Positions 23,015-35,724 of a stretch of DNA of 64,000 bases are shown piece by piece. Position numbers and translations under genes: made by a program. Under the pieces are notes generated by a model. The model did not search any database. It had not been told where the DNA came from and worked only from the letters and a program-made list of their open reading frames with translations. The DNA comes from Podarcis vaucheri (taxonomy: Eukaryota). The stretch's first letter is position 1. Every line of letters starts with the position of its first letter. The DNA is taken from assembly GCA_965113315.1 (NCBI GenBank), contig OZ220369.1. One strand, written 5' to 3'.

Positions 23015-23614
23015 GTGGCCTTCAGCCAGTCACTGCCCTCTCAGCCTAACCTAACTCGCAGGGCTGTTGTGAGGATAAAAAGGTGTGGGGGAGAAGTATG
23101 TTGAGCTCCTTGGAGGAAAGGCGGGATATAATTGTAAGAAATAAAGGCGATGTCAGCAACCTTGGAGAGTTTCGCACATGAGAGGCTTCCCCTGCCTGTC
23201 AGTCTCCTTTGTACGATATAGCTCAATTCTTGGTGGAAGAGGCAGAAGCCAGAAACCACTTGTAGTGCATATGAGCTATTCAAGGAAGGAAGGGAGAACT
23301 TGGGCAGGAGCACAGCTTGGAAGAGCACTGTCTCCTCCTCCTGACGCTGCTGTCCGGGGTCTCCATATGGGTTGGAATGCGCACCTGAGCTGAGGTGCAG
23401 GTAAGGACTTCTGAGCCCTTGCTGATAAAAATCAGTGAGCTGTCAGGGCACTGCTTTGGTGCACACCTTGCAGACAGGCAAAGTGCTGTCAGACATTGTG
23501 ATGCAGCAGGGAAGCATCCAGTTGATTTATTCTGGAAAGGGTTTTTGAACTAAGACAACAATTTAAATCCACCAGCTGGCCTGGGAGAAAATATGTAGCA
23601 CCTGTACTTGATTT

Positions 23615-23662
23615 ATTCTTATTCTTATTCTTATTCTTATTCTTATTCTTATTCTTATTCTT
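23615..23662. repeat. (ATTCTT)n microsatellite at an L1 tail
   Basis: Seen directly. Confidence 0.9.
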
Positions 23663-24623
23663 TGCATTTCTAATGAATTCCCTATCAGCAAAACATTAAC
23701 AAAGACAGTGCAAACAGAAAAGAACCTCTGAAATAAATTAAAGGTGGCAATTCTAAGATATCAAAGAATATGCATAAAGTCAGATATTATTCCTTACCTG
23801 ACTTCCCATTCCCTCCTTCCGTGTTTCCTCTTTTCTCCTCTTTTTCTTGCGTTTCCTTGGTTCACCCCATCTATCGCAACTACTTTTATAAACTTTCATT
23901 ATTTCTTACACTGCTGAAAATCTCACCATTCTGCTAAGCTGATTGTTTGCTTATAATACTTATCCATATATTCAATAAACAGTATCCTTATATCCTTCGT
24001 CATTTTGATTTCTTATTCTAGTTGTCATCCCTGCTAACTCTGCATAGTCTAATAATTTAATGTGCCATTCCTATTTTGTCAGTACCTAATCTGTTTTCCC
24101 TTTTTGTGCTAATATCATATGGGCAGCTGTTGTCGCATATAGGAACAGATTTCTCTCTTTTTTGGTGACTTCTGCTGTTATTCACCCCAACAACAAGGCT
24201 TCTGGGTTTTTGGAAAGGATTTCTTAAACATTATGGATCATTCCATCATCAAAGTTCATTATGGATCATTTCCCAATAATTTTTAATTATGCTACACGAC
24301 CACCACATGTGGTAGAAGGTACCCTCTACTGTCTTACATTTCCAACAATTACCTTTTATTGAGTTTTACATTTTTGCTAAGCTATTTTTGCTAAGCTGTC
24401 AAATACCACCTATGCTGCATCTTCATAAAGTTTTCTCTTAACATGTAGCATGCTGTAAACTTTATAGTCACTTTCCACAGTTGTTCCCATACTGCAAAAT
24501 CAGTATTGTATCCAACATCCCTGACCCAACTTATCATTGATGATTTTACCATTTCCTCCATTGTGTCCCACTCAAGTAATAAATTATACATTTTAGATAA
24601 TATTTTAATCCTGGATCCTAATA

Positions 24624-24883
24624 CAGTGGTACCTCTAGATGCGAACGGGATCTGTTCCGGAGCCCCATTCGCATCTAGAAGCAAACGTAACCAGTGATGG
24701 CACGTCTGCGCACATGCGCATCGCTTTTCGCCGTTTCTGCGCAGGCATGTGACGTCATTTTGAGCGTCTGTGCATGCGCAGGCGGCGAAACCCGGAAGTA
24801 ACGCACTCCGTTACTTCCGGGTTGCCACGGAGCACAACTCGAACGCACTCATTCCAAAGCACATTCAACCCGAGGTATGACTG
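24624..24883. mobile_element. Tc1/mariner-type MITE in L1
   Basis: ta|cagtggtacctc ... gaggtatgactg|ta. Confidence 0.88.
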
Positions 24884-25376
24884 TAACACCATTTCAAACT
24901 GCGAATTTTATTCCGCAAATCCATGTTTTTTTATCTAGCTTAAATATTGCACTCAACTGATTATAACTTAACCAATCTGTCACTTGATCTTTTATCTCTC
25001 CATACTCTTTCAGTCTGTAAACCTCCCCAGTGACTTTTAGCAAGTCTCTATAAGTACTCCTTGTCTAACGTTTGTCTGTATGTTAATTTTTTTCCTTGCC
25101 AATGCTTCTGTTGGTGACAGCCACATCTTTCCTTTCTAATAGGTTTTTATATTTTTCCCATACCCTATAAAGATTTTTCCTAATTATGTGGTTTAAAAAG
25201 CTCTTATATATCCTAGCCTTCCCGTACCACAGGCACACATGCCATACAAATTTTAGATTGTGCCCTTCAAGGTGTAACAAGTGGCTGTTCTCTTTAGGGA
25301 AGTTTTTAATGACTGATGTTTTAATGTCTTTTTAATCTTTGTTGGAAACCCAGCCAGATGGGTCGGATGTTAATTA

Positions 25377-25435
<59 letters not shown>
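25377..25435. repeat. (ATT)n microsatellite, probably the tail of a short inserted fragment
   Basis: Seen directly. Confidence 0.9.
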
Positions 25436-25436
<1 letters not shown>

Positions 25437-25742
25437 AATCCATTCTTTCAACCAACATAAACACGATGCGTCAAAATATAATTGTAATTCAGGGAAAGCA
25501 AAACTCCCTCTCTCTTTGGTATTGATCATAATGTTATGTTTTATCCTGGGTTTACTCCCCTGCCAAATAAACCTAGATAGATGTTTCTTGCATTCCTTGA
25601 AGTTTCAGATGTTATTAACTATAGGTACTGCGTGGAATAGGAATAGTATTTTGGCGAGTATGTTCATTTTTACAGCCGAAATTTTACCCAACAGAGACAG
25701 TTGCATTCTGCTCCATATTTGCAGATCTTTTTTTATCTTCTC

Positions 25743-25880
25743 TGATATGGGAGAAACATGTTTTGTTGCAGCTGGGGCAAATGAAGGTATTGGTGCTACA
25801 GGAGCACAATGGTGTTTCTTCTCTCTGCGCTCCTCCCAGCGGTTGCTCCTCCTCTGGTCACTGCTGTGGGTACACGACCT
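25743..25880 (-). mobile_element. RTE-clade fragment
   Basis: Inverted homolog of about 11543-11685. Confidence 0.7.
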
Positions 25881-28209
25881 GACTCTCTGTCTCCAGTATC
25901 ACATGTTCCTATACTAACAATGGACTAATCCCCCTGGTTAACATCCCTTCAATGAAATTGGTCTTCTTCTTTTGTAGAAGCTCTGATTTATATGAACCTT
26001 AATACCAACAGTCTCACACTTTTCAATTAACATCTCTATAATTATTACTAGTAACTATCAGCAAGACTGCCACAGAAGTTCTAATTATGAACTCCGGTCA
26101 CCGTGCAGTGTAACATCACTAATTCTTATCACTAATTACCATATCTTAATTAAATATGTGACTGGATGATGGAAAGCTACTGAGTGACAAAGAGCACCAG
26201 GAAGAGAGGCCTTCACACTATTCAGAACTCTGACCAACAACAAGTTAATTATTAGAGGAATTTCAGCTTTTGCTTTATCTATACTAATTACTGTCCTCTT
26301 CTCTGTTATTACATAAACTGACTAATTATAATAATGTTGATGCTGGCTTTAATTTTAGGTGTTTGGGGCAGTTTAATTCTTACTAATTGGGTGGATTATG
26401 GACTGCAATAACCTCTCTTTCAATGTGGATTGCTGTTAAAATTTACTAATTGTGTGAAATCACACAATTTACTAATTGTGTGAAAGCAAGGAGCCCAGCA
26501 GCAGGTGGAGCCAGAGCCAATGGCAGACATCTAATTCTCATTTTGTCCCCATCCTCCTCCCTGCTGAGTTCCACATAGCCAGTGCTGAGACTAAGGAGGA
26601 GGTTGACAGTCAAGGCTACCCCCTCTTAAGTCAGAGAGTAGACAGGTGGGGGCTGTCTGAAGACAGAATGAGATTGGTAGAGAAGTCCCCCAATCACCAA
26701 TGGGCTAACCTCCACTGGAGGTATTCTAGTTAAGCAAACATGGCTTGCACCCATTTTAGATTTCCATTTAAAGGAATTATTATGATTGTTTAAGTCCATT
26801 TCTAAGATGTTGCACAATTAAAAAAACCAACCAAGCAAACAGATACACAGTCCTTGCCAGCAGGCTTACAATGTAATCGACATAATACAGAAGGAGAAAT
26901 GAGAGGGGGAGGGAACAGTAAAAACTGGTAGGAGTCGGCCACTAATTACAGCCTCACAAGCCTAATGGTATGGTGAGGCATGTTGAATTTTTCAGCTTTC
27001 AAATTCCAAAAGTGAGGGGTGCTGAAAAGTTGTGATGTGACTTGGGAAGTCAAAAGATATTTTGGTTATAATTATAATTTAGTTTTGCTTGGTAAGTAAA
27101 AAAAGAAAATGCATAAAATTGCACAAGAATCATTAAAAATTATTACCAAGAACTTGTAGTTATATTATATATGAATGATGTTCTTGTTGCTGTTGTTGTT
27201 TATTTTCATCATTATTTAGCATTACCCGACATTTTCAGAAGGTAAGATCAAAATTCTTTGGTTTTCCGAAAGCAGTTTATGTGCTTCTTCATCAAACGTT
27301 GACTTACCAAGCTGAATGTTGTCCAGTCACAAAATAATAGCAGATTTCGATTTGTCACAACCAAAAACATATTTTTAAGACTCTTCACTGGGGGGGGGAG
27401 GAATACACTCCCTAAAACGACATGCCCCATTGGTATGGGATAGTATCCAGCTAAGGCCTGAGTCCATTAACTTTGATGGGATTACTGTGAGTTGGACTTG
27501 AATTGGATGCAACTCATGACCTCTAGAGTGGTCTCCATCCACAGTTCATGAGAAACAAACACGGGTGCATGTGTGTGCTCATACACACACACTTGTTCCT
27601 TCTAAATTTATAAAACCATGATGGCAAAACCACTTTCCTCTTCCCCTGAGGTTTCACAGTCTCAGCGAAGGATTTTTGCCTTGCCGACACCACCACCTCA
27701 CACAATGCCTCAAGTGTGTGGGAGGGTTGCAAAAATACCCACTATTAAGTGTACCAAATGATGGAAATCCACACTCAAGGGTTCAGAAAGTGGATTTGTT
27801 TATTTTTCAGGCAGTCCTACGACATGGCACAAGCCTATTCTTCTGCTTTGAAAGTTGCGATACGATTGCCTACAAGAGTCAACCTTCTGGGGAAGGAAAG
27901 GGCAGGCCCCTTAGCTGAGCAAAGCGTTGAATTTACAGCTAAACGCAGTGCTTTCCTTTCCAAGCCTTTCTCTAATGAGGTCAAAACAGCACCAAGCAGG
28001 ACAATAGGGACTCGTTCGACGGTCTCTGGAGTCAAGGCATGCGATGGCAGCATCCTTCACTCACTGAAGAATGTAGCACTTCTGTCCCCTGTTCATTCAG
28101 GGTTCCTTTGCTGCAATTATCCTCAAGGGTGGGAGGCTGAAGCAAATGAGTGGATGAAACTCCTTCTTTCCTTTTGCATTCCAGAGGTGAGGGTGTGCAT
28201 TTTGAGGCT

Positions 28210-28702
28210 TTTGTTGTTTAGTCGTGTCCGACTCTTCGTGACCCCATGGACCAGAGTATGCCAGGTACTTCTGTCTTCCACTGCCTCCCGCAGTTTAGTC
28301 AAACTCATGCTGGTAGCTTCGAGAACACTGTCCAACCATCTTGTCCTCTGTCATCCCCTTCTCCTTGTGCCCTCCATCTTTCCCAACATCAGGGTCTTTT
28401 CCAGGGAGTCTTCTCTTCTCATGAGGTGGCCAAAGTACTGGAGCCTCAGCTTCACGATCTGTCCTTCCAGTGAGCACTCAGGGCTGATTTCCTTAAGAAT
28501 GGATAGGTTTGATCTTCTTGCAGTCCATGGGACTCTCAGGAGTCTCCTCCAGCACCATAATTCAAAAGCATCAATTCTTCGGCGATCAGCCTTCTTTATG
28601 GTCCAGCTCTCACTTCCATACATCACTACTGGGAAAACCATAGCTTTAACTATACGGACCTTTGTTGGCAAGGTGATGTCTCTGCTTTTTAAGATGCTGT
28701 CT
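28210..28702 (-). mobile_element. Bov-B LINE 3' fragment
   Basis: ORF PTKVRIVKAMVFPVVMYGSESWTIKKADRRRIDAFELWCWRRLLRVPWTARRSN...; TSD attttgaggct at 28199-28209 and 28708-28718. Confidence 0.95.
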
Positions 28703-28792
28703 TAAAAATTTTGAGGCTAGGGGGGCACAGTACTCATAAGTGCTCCCTCCCCTCAGACTGGCCATTGCCTGCTTGAAATGGTGTCACCCTTC

Positions 28793-29243
28793 TAGGGATA
28801 AGCAAATCTTTCAATTTCAGTTGCTCCCCATTTCTCTCCCCCTCCCCCAACTTCTCCCAGTTCTCCACATTTCCACATCAGCTTGTGATTCCCCCCCCAA
28901 AAAAAAACCCCTCCTGATAAATCATCAGGGTTTTAGTGCAAATTTATCCCAATATACCCCATTTCGTTTGCCACTTTCCCCAACGTACACAAAAGTATAA
29001 TGCATTTCTATGTTGTTTTTTCACTAATGTATTCATGTATATGGACACTTCCCCCCACCCCCACCCCGCCAGTACATGAATTTTTGCACACATTTACATG
29101 GCTGGAAAACCACATTGCAAAATTCAAAGAAGTGCAAACCTCAAAGGGTAGCTGCGTACCAGCTCGCACGCTGTTTCAGAAAGTATGGATTAGGTAAGTT
29201 TCGCCTTTCAGTGTGACCCCAGTCAAATTTCTTCCCCATCTCT
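28793..29243. mobile_element. Old putative hAT non-autonomous element
   Basis: Ends tagggata... / ...catctcta; interior shared with copies at 670, 5955, 33170 and 34625. Confidence 0.6.
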
Positions 29244-29315
29244 ACCACCTGACAGGACTGGGGATGCTGTGATTCTTGAACTCCCTTCCTCCTTGACCAG
29301 TGGCCACATTACCAA

Positions 29316-29319
<4 letters not shown>

Positions 29320-29367
<48 letters not shown>
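29320..29367. repeat. (ATT)n microsatellite
   Basis: Seen directly. Confidence 0.95.
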
Positions 29368-29368
<1 letters not shown>

Positions 29369-29939
29369 TGCATCTGGCTGGAATGACACACTTTCCCCCC
29401 ACTTCCAAAAACCCTCCCCCAAGGGATCTGGTTGCCATGGTTCCATGATGCTGTGCCATTTCTGCAGTCCACAAGCCATAGTTTTCCACAATGCAGCAGC
29501 CTTTGGAAACCTGGTGTTAAGAACATAGGGTTTTTTATTATAATAAAAAAAAACCTATGTGCTGACATTTATTTATTTATAAACTCCTGGGATTCTAAGT
29601 AGAGCTAATTAAAATTAATCGTTGGGGGGGTGCCTAATGAAAGCCCTTGTCCTCTAAGTCCTCTGGATATAGAATCGAGAGAGAAAATAGACTGATGGGG
29701 GTGAAGGAAGAGCATTTTAAACAGGAAAAGCTAATGCACTTTACTACTGTACAGAATGATGGTTAATGGAAAGTTAGTCTCAGGTTAGGTGGCTTATTTT
29801 TAAATTTCTAGTACCTGTTAAGCTAGAAAGCTGTCATTTTAGCGGGGAGCGGGGGGGAGTTATAAAAGTGTTCTTCCTCTGAAGGATAAACAACTAACTT
29901 ATCACGATCTCTGCAAACCCTCCAGGGTTCAGGAATGTG

Positions 29940-30530
29940 TACAAGGTGCTTGGAGGAGGGATAGGCAACCACCTGCGTTCCTGACCCCCATGGCTGAGGG
30001 TCGTCTGGCAGAAAAAGGGAATACATGCAGGAACAGGGATGTAATTAAGGCCTCTCTGAGAGAGGGAGTGGCCACAGGTCACCAGAAAGACACTGCAGTG
30101 AGACTGCTCCATAAAAAGCGCTCCTTGGCCAAAGAAGGCCTGAATAAATATAGACTGGTTTCTTGTGGAGGTGGTCACCAAACCAACTCCAGGTACAGTG
30201 GTACCTCTAGTTACAAACTTAATTCGTTCCGGAGGTCCGTTCTTAACCTGAAACCTTAACCTTAAGAACAAACTAGAGGCGTGCTTTTGCTAATGGGGCC
30301 TCTTGCTGCTGCTGCTGCACAGCCAGCACACGATTTCCGTTCTCATCCTGGGGCAAAGTTCTTAACTCGAGGTAACTCTTCCAGGTTAGCAGAGTTTATA
30401 ACCTGAAGCGTTTGTAACCTGAGGCGTTTGTAACTCGAGGTACCACTGTACTCTCAAAGAAGCTGGTTTTATTGATCTATTTCAATCGGAGATCAAAGCT
30501 CGCTTGGACGCTAAGACTACCCTGTATCCA
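29940..30530 (+). mobile_element. L2-clade LINE RT fragment, split by a MITE
   Basis: VIKASLREGV...AVRLLHKKRSL...NKYRLVS and downstream FIDLFQS resemble the L2 motifs NASLREG, VRPLLKKPSL, NYRPVS and DPFQSGF. Confidence 0.7.
30196..30448. mobile_element. Tc1/mariner-type MITE
   Basis: ta|cagtggtacctc ... gaggtaccactg|ta, perfect TIRs. Confidence 0.92.
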
Positions 30531-31293
30531 AGACGCCAACTTCTGGAAACGATTGTGGGGAGGGCGACACAACGTCCTGATGTGATGCACTCAAGGTCCT
30601 GACATCATGAGGGCCAGGGGGCGGAGTCAAACATGGCAGCAGCCAATGGCTCCTGTCCTCCCCCTCTTCTTGCCTCACAAGGGAAAGATGGGGAAAGCCA
30701 CCTAAGGCCAGTATGGAAGGAGCAGGAGACAGAGTCGCCAGCCACCAAAGCTGCACTACAGTGGCCTCCGTAAGGAGAGAGAAAAGGGAGAAGATTGCCT
30801 CAGCTGGGATTATGGCTCCTAGCCCTTACGGTTCTGAAGAGATGTTTGAAAGGCTGTGGAGAAATTACCAGAGTGCCTCAAAAGCAGGTGAGGTGGGTTT
30901 GAATCTTTCCCAGTGGCAGGCAGGCTTGTGCAGTTTGTTACCTTCCCTCACAAAAAACAGAAGCAGGATGAATTATGCTAAGCCTGAAATATTGCAGAAT
31001 TGTTAAAAGGAACAGAAATCATGCTGGAAAGCATATGTACAGGTTGGCACAACATTTTCTGAGTGCAGAGTACTAGTAGCCCTGACTGTGCTTGTTTCCT
31101 TGCTTCCATGTTATGTGGGTGGAACTGCACGCTCATATATAGCAGAGTAATTTTAAATGTGTGTGTGTGTGTGTGCGCTGTGAGGTGCATCCTTACTGTT
31201 GTCATTTTACAGATGTAGACTGAGTCTAAGGGCTACTTGCCAGAGGCAAAATAACAGCACCCAAAAACTCTGTGCATATAGAGCTCTAGTATA

Positions 31294-31522
31294 CAGTGGT
31301 ACCTCGGGTTACATACGCTTCAGGTTACACACTCCACTAAGCCAGAAATAGTGCTTCAGGTTAAGAACTTTGCTTCAGGATAAGAACAGAAATTAGGCTC
31401 TGGCGGCGCGGCGGCAGCAGCAGGAGGCCCCATTAGCTAAAGTGGTGCTTCAGGTTAAGAACAGTTTCAGGTTAAGTACGGACCTCTGGAACGAATTAAG
31501 TACTTAACCTGAGGTACCACTG
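31294..31522. mobile_element. Tc1/mariner-type MITE (same family, inverted)
   Basis: ta|cagtggtacctc ... gaggtaccactg|ta. Confidence 0.92.
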
Positions 31523-32169
31523 TATTAGAATTCAGGCTGAATCTTTTCCCTGATGTGCTACTTTTGTACATGCAAGGAGATCTATCCATAGATGACCACC
31601 ACAATCACAGCTTGAAATATTGCAAAATGTTTGATTAGTTTCCTGCCTATTACTTTTCTATGCATTTGCTTCCCTTGATGAGTGATTGGCTGGTGGATCT
31701 CTGTAAGATGGATTGCTTAGGGGGGGTGTTGCATGGGGAGGGAGGTCAGGAGAGGGCACTTGCTTATGTTGTATCTTTAAAAATTGGGAACATTTCAATG
31801 CAACTATAAAGAATAAAAACCGAGCCTATTGTGCACTAGATTACATGTTATAGAACGTGAAATATAAAGCAGAATTGCAGCACGGTTTCCAAACTGCACA
31901 AATCCATCCAAAGTTTAGGTTCTTAGCAGATTCACCGAGATGTGGGACTCAGGGCAAAATAGCCTCCAATTCAGCAGCCTTGAATTGAATTCAACAGCCT
32001 CCAACCAATGCAGAACACCACTGCCCTCTAGTGTCCACTTCAAGCCACAACCCTCTCATGCAACATTCCAATGTCTCTGTGCAAATTGTGACAGTGCTTG
32101 AAGGTGCATGAAAACCAGGGGCTGGAGGATGCACCTGCCACACATCTCTGCAGGTCCATAACAGTGTTA

Positions 32170-32680
32170 GGGTTAGTCCATCTAGCTCCCTATCGTCTAC
32201 AGTGGTTGGGAGTGACACCCTAGGGTTTGGGGAAGGGCTTCCGCCCTGCTCCCACTCTTTCGAAGCCAGGAGATGTTAAGGTTTGAACCTGAGACGGTCT
32301 TCATGCAAATGGTCCACAACTGAGCTATGCCCCACCCCTCCCCTGAATACTTAAGACTACCATACAGTTAGAAACACAGGATATTGCTTTCTTTTATCCT
32401 TGGTAGGATCACATCATCTGACTCTGTATTGCTTACACAGACTGACAGAGCCTCTTTGTGATTTCAGGCAGGGGTCTTTTCCAGTCCAACCGGGAAATGC
32501 CAAGGATTGGAGCCTGGGACCTTCTGCACACAAATTGGGTGCTCAACCACTGAGCTGGGGCACTTAGGTTGAAGGTACCTTATCCCAGGTGAGGCCATTG
32601 GCCCATTCAGATTGTCTACACTGGCAGCGATTCTCCAGCCGTCCAATAGGTCTGTTTCCTGGTCCTACCTGGAGCAGGCA
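32170..32680 (-). mobile_element. Cluster of diverged Squam2-like SINE pieces
   Basis: Repeated gtccatctagctc / gtctacac / gggaccttctgcac / ccactgagct motifs. Confidence 0.55.
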
Positions 32681-33169
32681 ACTCTGCTAGAGTCTAAGTT
32701 TCTCCCATACACCTGCTTTGGAAAGGCAGGAGAAATACACTCTCTTTAAGCATTCCTGGGTAGAGGGGAATCTCCTGTGAATGTTCAGTAGTAGCTAAAA
32801 CACAATAAGTTGACCTCTAGTTAGACCAGACAAAAAGGTTCCCCAAACTATGAATTTTGTAATTGTAACTTATGAATAAACACAGCTCCCTAAGTAGCTT
32901 TGTCTGTCTTTGATCGACCATGGGAGGGCTGAGAGGGAGTGAGATTTTGGATATGTGGAGCAGGATGTAGCCCACCAAGTGTGCTTGCCTAGTCAAGAAC
33001 TCTTGCCTTCAATGTTCACCCCACCCCTTAACCAAATTCTTAGTGGTTTTTCTTCATTTGATCTTTGGCAAGAGCTATCCAGGCTCCTTACTGAGTTTCT
33101 TCATTCCAGAAGCCACCTTCCCTCACATTTTCATAAACTTTGCTATACTTCTTTAGAGGTAGGGGGGAA

Positions 33170-33545
33170 GGGTTGATGTGGAGGAAGAATTTGATTCGCA
33201 TTTCCCAAAACAATACCCTAACCGAAACACAGCCATCCATAGAAAAGCACACTTCTTTCAGTTTTGCAATGCAGTTCAGCAGCCAAGTAATACATACACA
33301 GACACATAAGAAATGTGCAAAAGAATGCACATAGTATTCAAAATAATTCAGAAATGTTTTATATCAGGGGAAATTGTTTTGCAAAATTTTGTATATTGGG
33401 CAGAATTTTGTACAGGCAAAATTGCATATTAGAAGAAAGTTTCACTAAACGGATGCTGAAGAATGTAGAGAACTGAACCTAAAAATGGGGGAGGGGGGAA
33501 TGGGAAACTAAAAGAAAGTGAAATTGACAGATTCGGCCATCACTA
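33170..33545. mobile_element. Old putative hAT non-autonomous element
   Basis: gaagaatttgattcgc...ttttgcaatgcagttc...gaaattgacagattcggccatcacta. Confidence 0.6.
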
Positions 33546-34624
33546 CTGTACATGTTCATTAAGTCGGTTTGGGAGTTGCTGATTTCTAAAACTGCAAGAC
33601 TGTTCAGAAGTAGAGCCTGTGATACCACAAATACATTATCTTAGTAATGCTTATAAACAATCCTGTAAGGTCATCCCTATCATCCCTCATATGGCAGAAG
33701 TGGAAATTGTGGATGATAAGAGAACATGGTTCCTGCTATTTCCGGTGTCCGGACTGTGGGTGATGTTGCTTATGTAAACAAAATAGAATTGCCCATGTAC
33801 AAAAGGGATCTATTAGAAAGCTTGAAAAAATGTCAAGGTCTGCAGAAGTACACAAAACAAAATCTATTGGAGGAAAACTGGAAGAAGCTGGAACACACAC
33901 ACACCAAATAAAATAGCACAAGGAGGACAAAGCTTGTGAAATGCTGACTGACTGGGGCTTTTTGTGAGGGGGGAGACAGAATGCGAGTACTTGGATCCCT
34001 GAAGTGAAGCACCCCAAGCTGCAACGTTTTGTTACGGCTCCCACTTGTAAATGAATTTATGGCAGTGTGAAGACTTGAACATTTACTCTCCACACTCTCA
34101 GGCAACGTATCCTACCTGCTGTGATTCCATACCATCACAACCATCCTTCACATTCAATTTCTTAGCTGTTCTTAACATTATTTCCATCCTGCCAGCCTCA
34201 TGTGTAAAGTGGAAGGAGGTTCAAGCTCACTCATAACACTCACACCACTGGTCCGTGCATGCCTGAGCTTTTTATCCCTTGAGCTTACCTAACTTATGAT
34301 TCTCATATCCTTTTCATTCTCCGGATGCGAATCTGGTTTTGATGCTCTGCTCCAATTATTATTTATCTAATTTCACTACTTGTTTCTGGTCCCTAACCTT
34401 GTAATCCCCATCTGTGATCCTTCTGCGTAAGGCCTTTATTTATTTCTCAATCATGGCCTCTCTGATGGCTAAAACTGCAAACTCCTTTTCAGGGAATAGC
34501 TCCTGGGCAACAGCAGCTCAGTGAAGAAGGGTGAACCTTATCATATCACATTTTGATCTCTGCTGCAGAAATCCCTAATCTGATTCTGCTACAGTCTTTA
34601 ACCCTAACAAGTTTTACCTAAACA

Positions 34625-34980
34625 AGGGGTAGAAATTCAATCCAGTTCACATTTAAAAGGTAAATCTACCTGATTCACACTTTGCAAAAACAATATGAAA
34701 ACTGAAACACAGCCATCCTGCAAAGTTCACACTTATCTGAATTTTGCTATGCAATTCTGAATCCATATTACAAAAATAGATACAGCAGGGTACAGTACAC
34801 AAATACATGCATACAATAATGGATTGTATTTGGGGAAATTGCATACAAAAATGTGCATATTAGGATAAATTCACAATAGAATGCTGAAGAATTTTCATGA
34901 GGAAGCTGACGTGGAAATGAGAACTGAGTCTATGAATGGGAAAATGGGAAGCCAAAATCATCATATTCACCCATTCCTAG
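34625..34980. mobile_element. Old putative hAT non-autonomous element
   Basis: agaaattcaatcc...gaattttgctatgcaattc...cacccattccta. Confidence 0.55.
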
Positions 34981-35724
34981 TGATAACATTGAGGCCGTTC
35001 CCAGAGTCCTCATCCTGCAAAAACCCTCATCATTCACCTCCCAGCCCCCAAGCAAGTCAGTGGGGAAAGAGGAATTAGAGTCTGAATTATTTCTGTCTCC
35101 CGGGCTCAAATGGAGTTCATCAAATTTCACGCCATCTCTCGCAGTTGTTAGCGCAGCTGACAAAAAGAGCGAGTCTGTCGCCCTGTCAGATTCTTTACTT
35201 TAAAATTATTCCTAAATCTTGACAGAAATTAACAGCTTCTTCTTTGCATTCCTAACACAGCTCCTTCCTTCTGAGAGTCAAACTCCATAGTTCTAAGCTA
35301 CACAGCCTGTTTCCTAGGATACGTGGCCGCGCGGGTTAAACCCAATCTCTGCTCTCCAAAAGGAGCTATTTGATTGTGAAACCAAGGTCAGGGGGCTGTG
35401 TTTGCAGAGACACCCCTGCGTTGGGTTGGAACCGCAGGGCTATCTAATTGAGAGGGTGAAAGTGCTTTAATTATTTTATCTATCATCAAGATTTATATAC
35501 AGCTTTTGCAGAAAAGGTGGCTTAAAATCAGGAGATATTACTTACACACAACAATAATAACTAAAACAAACAACATTGGGCCCCATCCGTGAAAACAGTT
35601 TAAAAGCTAGAAGTCTCAAAGGCAACAGGAGCAAAGATAAGATGTGTATTAAGAACTGCAGCCAATTAAGTTCCACTCAAAGCAGACTCACTGAAATCAG
35701 TGGACCTCAGTTAATTGTGTCCAT

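Larger units (their letters stand above)
21686..23146 (+). mobile_element. Squam3-like (Ther1/MIR-related) SINE split by nested insertions
   Basis: gagagccagtatggtctagtg | gttaagagtgctggac...ggttcaaatccccactcagccatg...cagcctaac | ...gggctgttgtgaggataaaa...gagctccttggaggaaaggcgggatata. Confidence 0.88.
23663..25742 (-). mobile_element. L1-clade LINE, degenerate ORF2 3' part with nested insertions
   Basis: Minus ORFs SKMYNLLLEW...WEQLWK...RENFMKMQHRWYLT and LEGHNLKFVWH..LWYGK...RVWEKYK; homologous to the plus-strand L1 at 37183. Confidence 0.85.

Noticed and set aside
27749-28705. 318-aa ORF
   Set aside because: Largely the antisense frame of the Bov-B fragment joined to flanking DNA.
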